Shown in pieces: positions 1 through 7,030 of a stretch of DNA of 15,723 nucleotides (position 1 is the stretch's first letter; each line of letters begins with the position of its first letter). The stretch covers positions 1 to 15,723 of the IMG/VR virus record IMGVR_UViG_3300022758_000053; one strand, 5' to 3'. The translations under genes and the position numbers were made by a program. Under the pieces are notes generated by a model. That model saw only the letters and a program-made list of their open reading frames with translations. It did not search any database and was not told where the DNA came from. The DNA comes from a virus.

Positions 1-103
1 CACGGCATGAGCTATGTCGAAGCTGCTAGGACAACGCTTGTTGAATTTGAGGTATATAATACCGCCTACGCTATTAAACAAGAGGACATCCGCTTTAACG
101 CAG

Positions 104-943
104 CTATTCAAGCATGGTATAACCAGAATCAAGTGTGCCATCGTTTTGAACTTTAGACAAAGTAGCTTGGTCTGCGATTTTAAGGCGCAAGTTAGTGCCG
201 TTTGGAATACCGTACACCAAGCCGTTGAAGTTACCAGTAATCAATGTACCTGTTGGGTAAGTTTGGCCGTCTTGCAATTGAAGTTGAGAATATGGAAGAC
301 CATCAAGCTCACCGATTGCGTTAGGGTTAGCTGGCTTAGTGAAGATGTGTTGACCACCGTTCACGCTGTCCACGATTCCACGGAGTGTGCGGTTGATTGT
401 GCGGTGCCCCACGAATGCGTTAGGTTCTTTTTCTGACTTGTCCTCAACATCGTAGATATTATTGAGGTTGATGTCACCAGATACGATGTTCTGAGCACGT
501 TTAGCAGACGCCAAAACGTTAGCGCCGAATGGGTTGTTATACAAGCCAAGGAACGCCGCCCCGTCGATTTTCTTGTTGAACAAGTCAACAATCTTGTCTT
601 TGATCGATTCAAAGAAGTTAGTCCAAGTGTAGTTGAGGACTTCTTCTGTAACTGGCAAGATAACTGCCAATTTACGAGATTCAAGAACGTAAGATTTAGT
701 TTGTACTTTTGCAGTACCGATTTTTTGACCTTCACCAACAAAGTAAGCGTCTGTCAATTGACCAACTTCTACGCCTTTACGAACCATTTTACCGTTCATT
801 TCAACTTTTTGACCAAGCTGAATGACTTTTGAAGTTTTTACAAGTTCGTCAGTGAATAGATCAGTGATGTATTCTGATGTAATCTCTTTTCCAAGAGAAT
901 CAGACAAGAGGACTGTGTCCGGATTGAATTTTTGTTGAGCCAT
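104..943 (-). CDS. Major capsid protein (279 aa)
   Basis: Complete ORF with an ATG at 943 and an AGGAG 5 nt upstream. It sits directly downstream of the scaffold gene, the usual position in SPP1-like head modules. Its size and composition fit a siphovirus major head protein. Confidence 0.8.
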   Translation of the reverse strand: MAQQKFNPDTVLLSDSLGKEITSEYITDLFTDELVKTSKVIQLGQKVEMNGKMVRKGVEVGQLTDAYFVGEGQKIGTAKVQTKSYVLESRKLAVILPVTEEVLNYTWTNFFESIKDKIVDLFNKKIDGAAFLGLYNNPFGANVLASAKRAQNIVSGDINLNNIYDVEDKSEKEPNAFVGHRTINRTLRGIVDSVNGGQHIFTKPANPNAIGELDGLPYSQLQLQDGQTYPTGTLITGNFNGLVYGIPNGTNLRLKIADQATLSKVQNDGTLDSGYTMLE

Positions 944-961
944 GCGCTCTCCTTTCTTAGT

Positions 962-1513
962 TTAGAAATTAGTGATTTTGGCTTTATCAAACTTGTCTTT
1001 TCCACGGTGAGAACGCCCTTCCTCTCCACCACTAGTGCGAGGTGGTAGAGCTTTAGCTTCTTCTCGTTTCTGCAAGTTTAGGATGTTAGCCATGTTTGAA
1101 ACAGCTAGCTTAGTAGCTTCTTCATCGCCTTTGACTACGAATGCAAGCGTTGACTCATTGACAGGCACGCCTTGAGCTTCGAGCTCTTTAATAGCGATAT
1201 CCTGCATTTGACGTTGAACGATCTGAGCTTGAAGTGCTGCAATTGTGCTCTGGGCTTCTTCGAATTCTTTATCCCGCTGTTTCTGTTGCAGCTCTTGAAG
1301 TTCTTCTTCACTCATTTTAGCTTTAGCAACAGCTTCCTCGATTTTTGCTTGAATACCGGTTTGCATATCAGCAATTTCAAGAGTGTGTTTCTCTTCCATC
1401 TGTTTGAGTCTACGCTGCATTTCAGCAACTGACACCATCTTCTCCTCTTTTTCTGGTTGGCTAGCTTCAACCTCTTGAGGATTCTCAACTGTTTCAAGTT
1501 CTTTTTCTGCCAT
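962..1513 (-). CDS. Capsid scaffolding protein
   Basis: Acidic, E/K/Q-rich 183-aa protein predicted to form coiled coil. It lies between the minor head and major capsid genes. ATG at 1513 with AAAGGAG upstream. Confidence 0.8.
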   Translation of the reverse strand: MAEKELETVENPQEVEASQPEKEEKMVSVAEMQRRLKQMEEKHTLEIADMQTGIQAKIEEAVAKAKMSEEELQELQQKQRDKEFEEAQSTIAALQAQIVQRQMQDIAIKELEAQGVPVNESTLAFVVKGDEEATKLAVSNMANILNLQKREEAKALPPRTSGGEEGRSHRGKDKFDKAKITNF

Positions 1514-1599
1514 GATAGGCTCCTTTCTTTACGCTTTTACGAGCAACCCCCTCGAACTCATGCAGCTTTTAACGTCCTCAGCACGGTCTGGACAAGAGC

Positions 1600-2556
1600 T
1601 TACTCGCCCCAAACACCGTTAACAGCTTCTTCGTCAAGAGTGCTGCCACCAGCTTTATATTCCATTTTGATATGTCCATACGCTGAACAGCGACAGTTAG
1701 GGTGCATTGGGTACATGTTAACCCCTTTCTCTGCCTTGTTGATTGGTATGGCCTTCCTATCAAGGGGCTTACAGATATCACAAGCCCCACTTTCAGCAAC
1801 ATAGATTAAATGTGTGAAGTCATTCTCCTTCAGCATCATCAATTCTGTATCAGCATTAATGCGAGCTATTTCGGTCTTGAGCAATCGTTGGGCGTTGGCT
1901 TGGCTTGTGTTATATTTCTTAGCTAATCGTTGCCGTTCCTGCTTAAAACCGTCCATGTCGGTGAAGATACGTGCTAACGAGCTAAACACATCCTTCTGCA
2001 TGTTTGCACGAAGTCCGTTCCTGCCCCAAACTCTGCGACTAAAATTCTGACCGTAGAAATCAGCGTCTAAAATTGCTCTCATACGACTTACCGCATTGAC
2101 AGCAGAATTGCCTAAGATACCCGCTTGGCGCTTAAATTCAGCTAAATATTCACTCTCACGCGCTTTATCGAAGACTTCGTTAACATCTGATATAAGACTA
2201 GCTATTTCAAGCCTTAATTCTGCTTTGAGTAGCTCCAACCGACTGACTTTCATTTTTAAGTTAAACAGTCTTAGCCATTGATTAGTGCCGTGTGAGAAGT
2301 CCTTCTCGACTACTGCCTTTCTAGCTCGGTCTCTGTACTCAGTAACATCGAACTCATTAGCTCGCTTCATAGCTTCGGCACGGCTTAGCCCCTCTTTGTC
2401 AGCGTAGCGCATGTAAAAGCCGTTTATTTGGCTCTGCATACGGTTATATGACGCTTGATAAAGCTCTTTTAAGACCTTGTCACGCTCTATGTCACGCTTG
2501 ATTAGGTCTGATTGCGCTTTTCTCTCGGCATTGTAGCGTTCATTATTCGTCATCAT
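1600..2556 (-). CDS. Minor head / head morphogenesis protein, SPP1 gp7 / Mu F family
   Basis: The C-terminal motif ...CDICKPLDRK...NMYPMHPNCRCS is typical of the gp7/MuF family. It lies immediately after the portal gene. The ORF track starts at GTG 2565. I prefer ATG 2556 (AGGTG 6 nt upstream), which overlaps the portal stop codon. Confidence 0.85.
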   Translation of the reverse strand: MMTNNERYNAERKAQSDLIKRDIERDKVLKELYQASYNRMQSQINGFYMRYADKEGLSRAEAMKRANEFDVTEYRDRARKAVVEKDFSHGTNQWLRLFNLKMKVSRLELLKAELRLEIASLISDVNEVFDKARESEYLAEFKRQAGILGNSAVNAVSRMRAILDADFYGQNFSRRVWGRNGLRANMQKDVFSSLARIFTDMDGFKQERQRLAKKYNTSQANAQRLLKTEIARINADTELMMLKENDFTHLIYVAESGACDICKPLDRKAIPINKAEKGVNMYPMHPNCRCSAYGHIKMEYKAGGSTLDEEAVNGVWGE

Positions 2557-4042
2557 CCTCAACACCTACAATCTGACTAACTTCTAGATCAGTAGCCCCG
2601 CCCTCTTCGAGCAAACGGCTCTTTTCTTTGCGAGCGTCTGTGAAGCTAGCTGATTCCATAAGCGTCTCTTGTGAGATTTCCATGCCGGAATTGATAGCAG
2701 ATTGAATCTCAGCCCATACATCCGTTGGCAGGTTCTCATGGAACGTAAATGTCAGCATGTCAGCGTCCACTGGTTCGATACCTTTGAGATTGTTAGATAG
2801 CAACTCAAGCAGCTTATAGCGTCGTCTGAGCGCCTTGACAAAGAACCCACGCTTAACGGCTGTAACTTGCTGCAAATCAACTAGCTTGTAGCGGATAGCG
2901 ATCCCAGACGTAGCTGAGAAAGTCGAATCGTCTTGCAAGTTAGGCAATCCAACAATGCGGAAGAAGTCTTTAATCAAACGTGATTTATACGCTTCGACAC
3001 CGCTGACATCATATTGTTTGTAGATATAGCCGGCATCTAGTGACGTTTGCTGCCCGTTGTGTCCGACACCACTCTCAAGTACTAGCATGTTAGCGTGCTT
3101 CATTTTCATGATGTCAGACGCATTCATGCCAGTACTTTCGACATCACCCTTGATAACCAGCATGGCATCGTTAAGGTCTGACATGTAGTTAGCTGTGTCC
3201 GACTCTGCTGCGTCGTAAGCGTCAATGATTGGAATCCCTTTCTCCCAATCTCCCGAACGCTCTCGGTTATTCTGCCATTCAACTACCGGCACCATTCCGA
3301 ACGGGTTTTCTTTACGCTCGATTTCCTGCCAGTTTGGATCATAGCTGACAATCTTGCTATCAGTGTAGACCGTGACAAACATTTCACCGTTGTACACTGG
3401 GCAATGAACAGCCGCAATGATATCTTTTCGGACGTCTGCGCTACGGATTGTGAACATCTCCCTTGCATCAATCAAGACCACTGCTGGATTGCCAAACTCA
3501 TCATAATAATGCAGCTCAAACGCTCGCCCAAAACGTGAAGCGTCATAGACTAACTCACGGTTAAGAGCTTCAATGTCGTTGTAAGCGTTGAAGTCATCAA
3601 TAGCCGTCAAGTCGCTGTCAGTGTCAGTAGCACCAATTGAAATAGGTTGACCCACCGTATAACCAGTGAAGAAGCGGCTAGCTTGTCCGCCCAGATCATG
3701 CCTAATACGGTAGTCAGCTTTCTCTGGCTCTAGTCGTTTACGACCATTTAGAATGGTGTAGTTGTTCCCGTTTGAGTAGCTCTCTAGGATATTCAAGCGG
3801 TCTATCTGTCCATCTTGGAACTGAGCTACCATCTTCTCTAACTTCTCTCGCCCTTGAAACGTGTCCACTAGGTCATCCGCTGATTGAGCCATGAAGTGGG
3901 TGTTAGCTTCTTTGGGAAAATGAAGGAAGTCTTCACGTTTCTGCAAGCTAGTCGGTTCCATGTCTCGCTCGAATTGGTATGATCTAGGAATGTACTGTCC
4001 TTCATGTAAAATGTCGTCAGCACTATGTGTTGTGTTCGTCAT
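2543..4042 (-). CDS. Portal protein (SPP1 gp6-like)
   Basis: A 499-aa ORF directly after terL, with stop TAG, one nucleotide, then ATG, and AAGGAG upstream. Its size, acidic C-terminus and position fit an SPP1-type portal. Confidence 0.9.
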   Translation of the reverse strand: MTNTTHSADDILHEGQYIPRSYQFERDMEPTSLQKREDFLHFPKEANTHFMAQSADDLVDTFQGREKLEKMVAQFQDGQIDRLNILESYSNGNNYTILNGRKRLEPEKADYRIRHDLGGQASRFFTGYTVGQPISIGATDTDSDLTAIDDFNAYNDIEALNRELVYDASRFGRAFELHYYDEFGNPAVVLIDAREMFTIRSADVRKDIIAAVHCPVYNGEMFVTVYTDSKIVSYDPNWQEIERKENPFGMVPVVEWQNNRERSGDWEKGIPIIDAYDAAESDTANYMSDLNDAMLVIKGDVESTGMNASDIMKMKHANMLVLESGVGHNGQQTSLDAGYIYKQYDVSGVEAYKSRLIKDFFRIVGLPNLQDDSTFSATSGIAIRYKLVDLQQVTAVKRGFFVKALRRRYKLLELLSNNLKGIEPVDADMLTFTFHENLPTDVWAEIQSAINSGMEISQETLMESASFTDARKEKSRLLEEGGATDLEVSQIVGVEDDDE

Positions 4043-4043
4043 T

Positions 4044-5324
4044 CTATCTCCTTATCAATTTGTTAACCCGTCTAATCTTAGCGTCTACATCCTGCCTATC
4101 CTTGACGAAAATAAGGTTCTGCAGTGCGTACCTAATCGCATCGATACAGTGGTTATAGCTATCGCATGGCTTGTTGATGTACTCGTTTGTATACTTATCT
4201 TTCTGCCATGTATAGTTTTCAAGCTCTTCAATCGTCTTGACGCATCTTTCATCAACGATTATGTCGAATTGCTGCAGGAACTGAATCCCTTGTAGAACTG
4301 AGCCTTTGCCCTTGTCTACCGGAATAGCTCGACGCAAGCCCAGCGTTTGCAATTCAGCAATGGATTTCTGTTCCGCCGAGTCGGCCATAATCACCTCTTT
4401 TGAATAACCAAGGCTAGTAATAGCTTCTGCTATCTGGTTGTTAAGCAAGCCCTTTTTGACATACTCCTCTAGGATATATAGCCGCTTATTCTCTCGGTCT
4501 ATTTTGACGTGCATAAACGCCGTGGGGTCGTTTGTAAAACCAAAGTCAAGACCAAAAAAGGACGGTAGCTGTTTAAGCTCGTCCTTATTGAGCAATTTCT
4601 TTTCGTACTTTGGAAATACTAACTTATCGAGGGTGGCAAACTCACCCAAAGCATAGATTTTGTAGTAGGCTTCGTTTCGGTTGGCTAGCTCCTCGATATT
4701 CTCCTTGGTCAAGTCATCCAGAAAGCGATTATCCTTGTACGTCGTTTGATAAACCACTGTATTCTTAGGGCTCTTCACAAAGAATGCGTTATATACCCAG
4801 TTGGCCTTAGACACTGGGTTGAACATCAAATAGATTTGTTTTTGTTTGTGAGCCTTGTCCCTCAAGCGAAGTGTTAGCTGTGTGTAATCATCAAGCGTAA
4901 ACTCTGACGCTTCTTCCATCACAACGTCTGAAATGCCTTTGATAGACTTGATTTTCTCTGGGTTATCCATCCCTTTAAAAATCAGTTCAGCTCCGTTTGG
5001 TAATTCAATACGGAATGCGCTCATGTTAACCTTGCATAGATTAAGCACACCGAAATAGGACAAGGCTGCTTGCACATCCGCAAACACCGAGTCACGAACC
5101 GTAGAGCCTACTTTTCGCAATATCAATATTTTTCGGGGTTTATCCCACTTTTTAAGAGCCTTGAGGACTATTTTTTGGAAGACGCCGTGACTCTTACCGC
5201 TAGATGCTCCGCCGTAGTGTACCTCGGTGAATGTGTCATAATCAAATAGATGTTCATAGATATGCCGATTAAACACCTTGCTTGGATTGATTTCAAGATT
5301 AATCGTCATTCCATTCACCGACAT
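4044..5324 (-). CDS. terL: Terminase large subunit
   Basis: Walker A motif HYGGASSGKSHGV near the N-terminus and a C-terminal nuclease-domain signature (CDSYNHCIDAIRYAL). The start overlaps the terS end. An alternative start is ATG 5309 (MTINLE...). Confidence 0.92.
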   Translation of the reverse strand: MSVNGMTINLEINPSKVFNRHIYEHLFDYDTFTEVHYGGASSGKSHGVFQKIVLKALKKWDKPRKILILRKVGSTVRDSVFADVQAALSYFGVLNLCKVNMSAFRIELPNGAELIFKGMDNPEKIKSIKGISDVVMEEASEFTLDDYTQLTLRLRDKAHKQKQIYLMFNPVSKANWVYNAFFVKSPKNTVVYQTTYKDNRFLDDLTKENIEELANRNEAYYKIYALGEFATLDKLVFPKYEKKLLNKDELKQLPSFFGLDFGFTNDPTAFMHVKIDRENKRLYILEEYVKKGLLNNQIAEAITSLGYSKEVIMADSAEQKSIAELQTLGLRRAIPVDKGKGSVLQGIQFLQQFDIIVDERCVKTIEELENYTWQKDKYTNEYINKPCDSYNHCIDAIRYALQNLIFVKDRQDVDAKIRRVNKLIRR

Positions 5325-5742
5325 TAATATTGATATCTTGCGTTACATCAGCTTCGACCTTATCTGTCCACATCCTATAGCGCTTACCGATATCAACTGC
5401 CGCAGCCCGACGAGTAGCTACATTCGGTTTAGCTTGAGCAATGCGTTGCATACCCTCACCATCCAGGACAAGCAAGGGTTCTTCAACCTCACCACGCATG
5501 ACGGCAGTGAGAAATTCCATGACCTCTTGTTGATCCGCAACACGTTCCGATTTTAATTGTTCCAGTCGTTCGTCTATATAAGCCTTGACCTCAGTATTTC
5601 TTAGTAGCTTACTACCATTGACTTCTGCCGTCCTTATCTTCTTAATACTAGGATAAGCCTTTTTGTACGCCTGCGTAGCGTTTAGGCTGATGATGTACTC
5701 ATCGGCAAACTTTATTTGTTTTTCGGTCATCCCATTTTCCAT
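5299..5742 (-). CDS. terS: Terminase small subunit
   Basis: N-terminal ...MTEKQIKFADEYIISLNATQAYKKAY is the usual small-terminase HTH signature. The ORF track starts at TTG 5781. I prefer ATG 5742, which follows GAAAGGAG. ATG 5730 is also possible. Confidence 0.8.
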   Translation of the reverse strand: MENGMTEKQIKFADEYIISLNATQAYKKAYPSIKKIRTAEVNGSKLLRNTEVKAYIDERLEQLKSERVADQQEVMEFLTAVMRGEVEEPLLVLDGEGMQRIAQAKPNVATRRAAAVDIGKRYRMWTDKVEADVTQDININVGEWNDD

Positions 5743-5747
5743 CAACT

Positions 5748-5767
5748 CCTTTCTGATCCTTTCTGAT
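5748..5767. repeat. Exact tandem 10-mer x2 (plus-strand CCTTTCTGAT; minus-strand ATCAGAAAGG) spanning the terS ribosome-binding site
   Basis: Read directly from the sequence. The duplication gives two SD-like GAAAGG motifs upstream of the terS ATG. Confidence 0.7.
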
Positions 5768-5849
5768 ACTGAAAAAGACAACCCACAAAGTGAGCTGTCT
5801 CTGATTTTCTTCGATAATATAATAATACCACCTTAAACAGTTGTTAGAC

Positions 5850-5887
5850 ACCGTGAATTAACCGTTGAAATACCGTTATTTCAACGT
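5850..5887 (-). promoter_or_regulatory. Four direct A(C/A)CGT motifs (plus-strand reading) spaced exactly 11 bp apart, between arpU and terS
   Basis: Plus-strand ACCGT at 5850, 5861 and 5872, and AACGT at 5883. On the minus strand this reads ACGGT x3. An AT-rich TATTAT/TATATT stretch follows in the direction of transcription. This is a candidate late-promoter activator site or pac-region binding site. Confidence 0.35.
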
Positions 5888-6297
5888 TCCACAACTAATT
5901 TGCCATCTCTATACAATTCTGCAAATGCTAGGATAGCATTATTTAGCAATTCTTGAAAAGCCGTCCTCTCGAATCCGATTGCCTGGGCGATTTGCCAGTT
6001 TGGTTTCGGAGGGTATGCCAGATATTTCTCTATCAGTATTCTGCGATAGTCTGGACGATATAGCCCGCTAACTGCTTGCTCTATGGCTTCTAGCTCGTTC
6101 ATAGCATCAACACGCCTAACTGCGATATTTTCCACTGGTCTGCTCACTCCGCTACCACCTCGTGGCATGAAGGTAAACTCTTGTGTGATCTTCTGCTCAG
6201 CGCTATCGTGTGCTATCTCTCGCCATCTAGGGTATTCTCGAAGTTTTCGCTTGCAACGTTTGATAGTTGCTTTTTCATCAATTTCCGGCAATAGCAT
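5881..6297 (-). CDS. arpU: ArpU-family phage late transcriptional regulator
   Basis: A 138-aa ORF with MLLPEID..ATIK..KRKLREYPRW... and C-terminal ...IAQAIGFERTAFQELLNNAI, a sigma region-4-like HTH. It lies immediately upstream of terS, as ArpU/RinA regulators usually do. ATG 6297 with AAGAGGA 7 nt upstream. Confidence 0.85.
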   Translation of the reverse strand: MLLPEIDEKATIKRCKRKLREYPRWREIAHDSAEQKITQEFTFMPRGGSGVSRPVENIAVRRVDAMNELEAIEQAVSGLYRPDYRRILIEKYLAYPPKPNWQIAQAIGFERTAFQELLNNAILAFAELYRDGKLVVER

Positions 6298-6311
6298 TGT
6301 TCTATCCTCTT

Positions 6312-6320
6312 TGGTATAAT
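6312..6320 (+). promoter_or_regulatory. Extended -10 promoter-like element TGgTATAAT on the plus strand
   Basis: TG at 6312-6313 and TATAAT at 6315-6320. There is no good -35 element. A transcript from here would be antisense to the arpU leader. Confidence 0.25.
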
Positions 6321-6344
6321 AGTAGTGTTGATTTTCAAAGAGTG

Positions 6345-6368
6345 CCGGCCATTATGTCGGTCTTTTTT
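6345..6368 (+). terminator. Plus-strand hairpin with T-run (CCGGC-cattat-GTCGG tc TTTTTT)
   Basis: A 5-bp stem including one G-U pair (6345-6349 with 6356-6360), followed by T6 at 6363-6368. The stem is weak. Confidence 0.3.
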
Positions 6369-6461
6369 GTTTGGCCCAAAAAACATTAAGAAGTTTTATA
6401 AGGGAAAGATTAATGTATTTGTTTTTGGGTTGTTTCTTGGGCCTTTTATCACCTCCTTCTA

Positions 6462-6494
6462 GCCAAGACACCAGCAAGATCTTTGGCTTTTTTT
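6462..6494 (+). terminator. Plus-strand hairpin with T7 run (GCCAAG ... CTTTGGC TTTTTTT)
   Basis: About 6 bp of stem (6462-6467 with 6481-6487), a large 13-nt loop, and T7 at 6488-6494. Confidence 0.3.
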
Positions 6495-6669
6495 AGTAAT
6501 GCGATATCGATAAGAAAGAGGGTGTTTCACATCCTTTTCTCTTAAATTTGCCGGGTTTTTGTTGAGCAAGGTCTGTCAGCTTGCTCGGTGTTGAAAAGTG
6601 TTCAAGCCACTAAAAATCTATATTCATTTTTTTTAGCTTCATTTTTTATTTTTAGTGTTTGACAGACAA

Positions 6670-6714
6670 TGGCTGGCAAGAGGAATCGAACCCCTTGAGT
6701 AACCACTCCAGCCA
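6670..6714 (-). ncRNA. tRNA-like minihelix 1: acceptor stem, D-loop-like bulge and T-arm, with no anticodon arm
   Basis: The minus strand reads TGGCTGG-AGTGGTTACT-CAAGGGG-TTCGATT-CCTCTTG-CCAGCCA. It has a perfect 7-bp outer stem, a 7-bp inner stem with one G-U pair, and a canonical GGTTCGATTCC T-loop. The 10-nt bulge AGTGGTTACT resembles a D-loop. Confidence 0.5.
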
Positions 6715-6999
6715 GATATAGTGAAATCATTTTTTTGGAGATTTTCCTCCTTCGTTTTTGAAATAATACAAGAATTATGGAGATTTCTGACCTATATCCA
6801 ATTGCAGGCATAAGCCTTGGATAATCACGCTACCAGTATGAGCGTTTTAGATTTTGTAAAGATAAAAATAAAGGATACCTACTTTCTATATTTTAGATTT
6901 ACTGGATTTGGGTAGCGTCAACGACCAGTCACGCTTCCGCTGATTTGAATGAAAAGAAATCAAAAGGCTCCTCTTTTCTAATTTATATTGACTGGTAAT

Positions 7000-7030
7000 A
7001 GCTAGTAAGGGAGTCGAACCCTCACTAGCT
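7000..7030 (-). ncRNA. tRNA-like minihelix 2: 7-bp acceptor-like stem stacked directly on a 5-bp T-arm
   Basis: The minus strand reads AGCTAGT-GAGGG-TTCGACT-CCCTT-ACTAGCT. This is a 12-bp helix with one G-U pair, capped by a canonical GGTTCGACTCC T-loop. No D arm or anticodon arm can be placed. Confidence 0.45.

Noticed and set aside
1-103. Possible truncation or +1 continuation of the capsid gene, or the start of the next head gene. A minus-strand frame stays open from about 120 to the window edge.
   Set aside because: The capsid ORF ends at a clean TAG. The open frame has no ATG or SD in the window and its translation does not look capsid-like. The segment is too short and lies at the window edge, so nothing can be concluded.
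14-436. Assorted plus-strand and nested minus-strand track ORFs. Examples are 14-436, 1457-1804, 3960-4295, 13094-13735 and 14196-14474 on the plus strand, and 361-741, 3283-3471, 12127-12333 and 14124-14336 on the minus strand.
   Set aside because: All lie inside or antisense to well-supported phage genes. They lack ribosome-binding sites and have skewed, low-complexity compositions typical of off-frame translation.
5782-5880. A cos site upstream of terS.
   Set aside because: The head module (SPP1-type portal, gp7/MuF-type protein, TerS/TerL of headful type) and the lack of an HNH gene adjacent to the terminase genes point to pac-type packaging. The region is reported only as phased repeats and a candidate late promoter or pac region.
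6361-6443. Resemblance to streptococcal type II-A CRISPR repeat and tracrRNA pieces (TTTTGTTTGGCCCAAAAAAC versus the ...GTTTTGAATGGTCCCAAAAC repeat end; AAGTTTTATAAGG versus the tracr AAGTTAAAATAAGG). This would suggest a solitary repeat unit or RNA anti-CRISPR.
   Set aside because: The matches are short, low in complexity and interrupted. The order of the pieces is wrong for a tracrRNA, and no full 36-nt repeat can be aligned from memory. It is still worth a quick BLASTN against host CRISPR repeats, but the evidence is insufficient for a call.
6602-6811. A 69-aa minus-strand ORF. Its internal 42-aa form (MISLYLAGVVTQGVRFLLPAIVCQTLKIK...) looks superficially like a type I toxin peptide behind an AAGGAGG.
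   Set aside because: The SD lies 15 nt from the ATG and can be sequestered in a GGAG/CTCC hairpin. The coding sequence is the tRNA-like minihelix itself, so the hydrophobic stretch is most simply a translation artefact of that element. I cannot fully exclude a small peptide.
6670-7030. Calling the two GGTTCGA(T/C)TCC elements canonical tRNA genes.
   Set aside because: The 5' acceptor strand sits 0 or 10 nt before the T-arm, so no D stem or anticodon arm can be placed. No encoded CCA is in register, and the total lengths are 45 and 31 nt. They are reported as tRNA-like elements or remnants instead.
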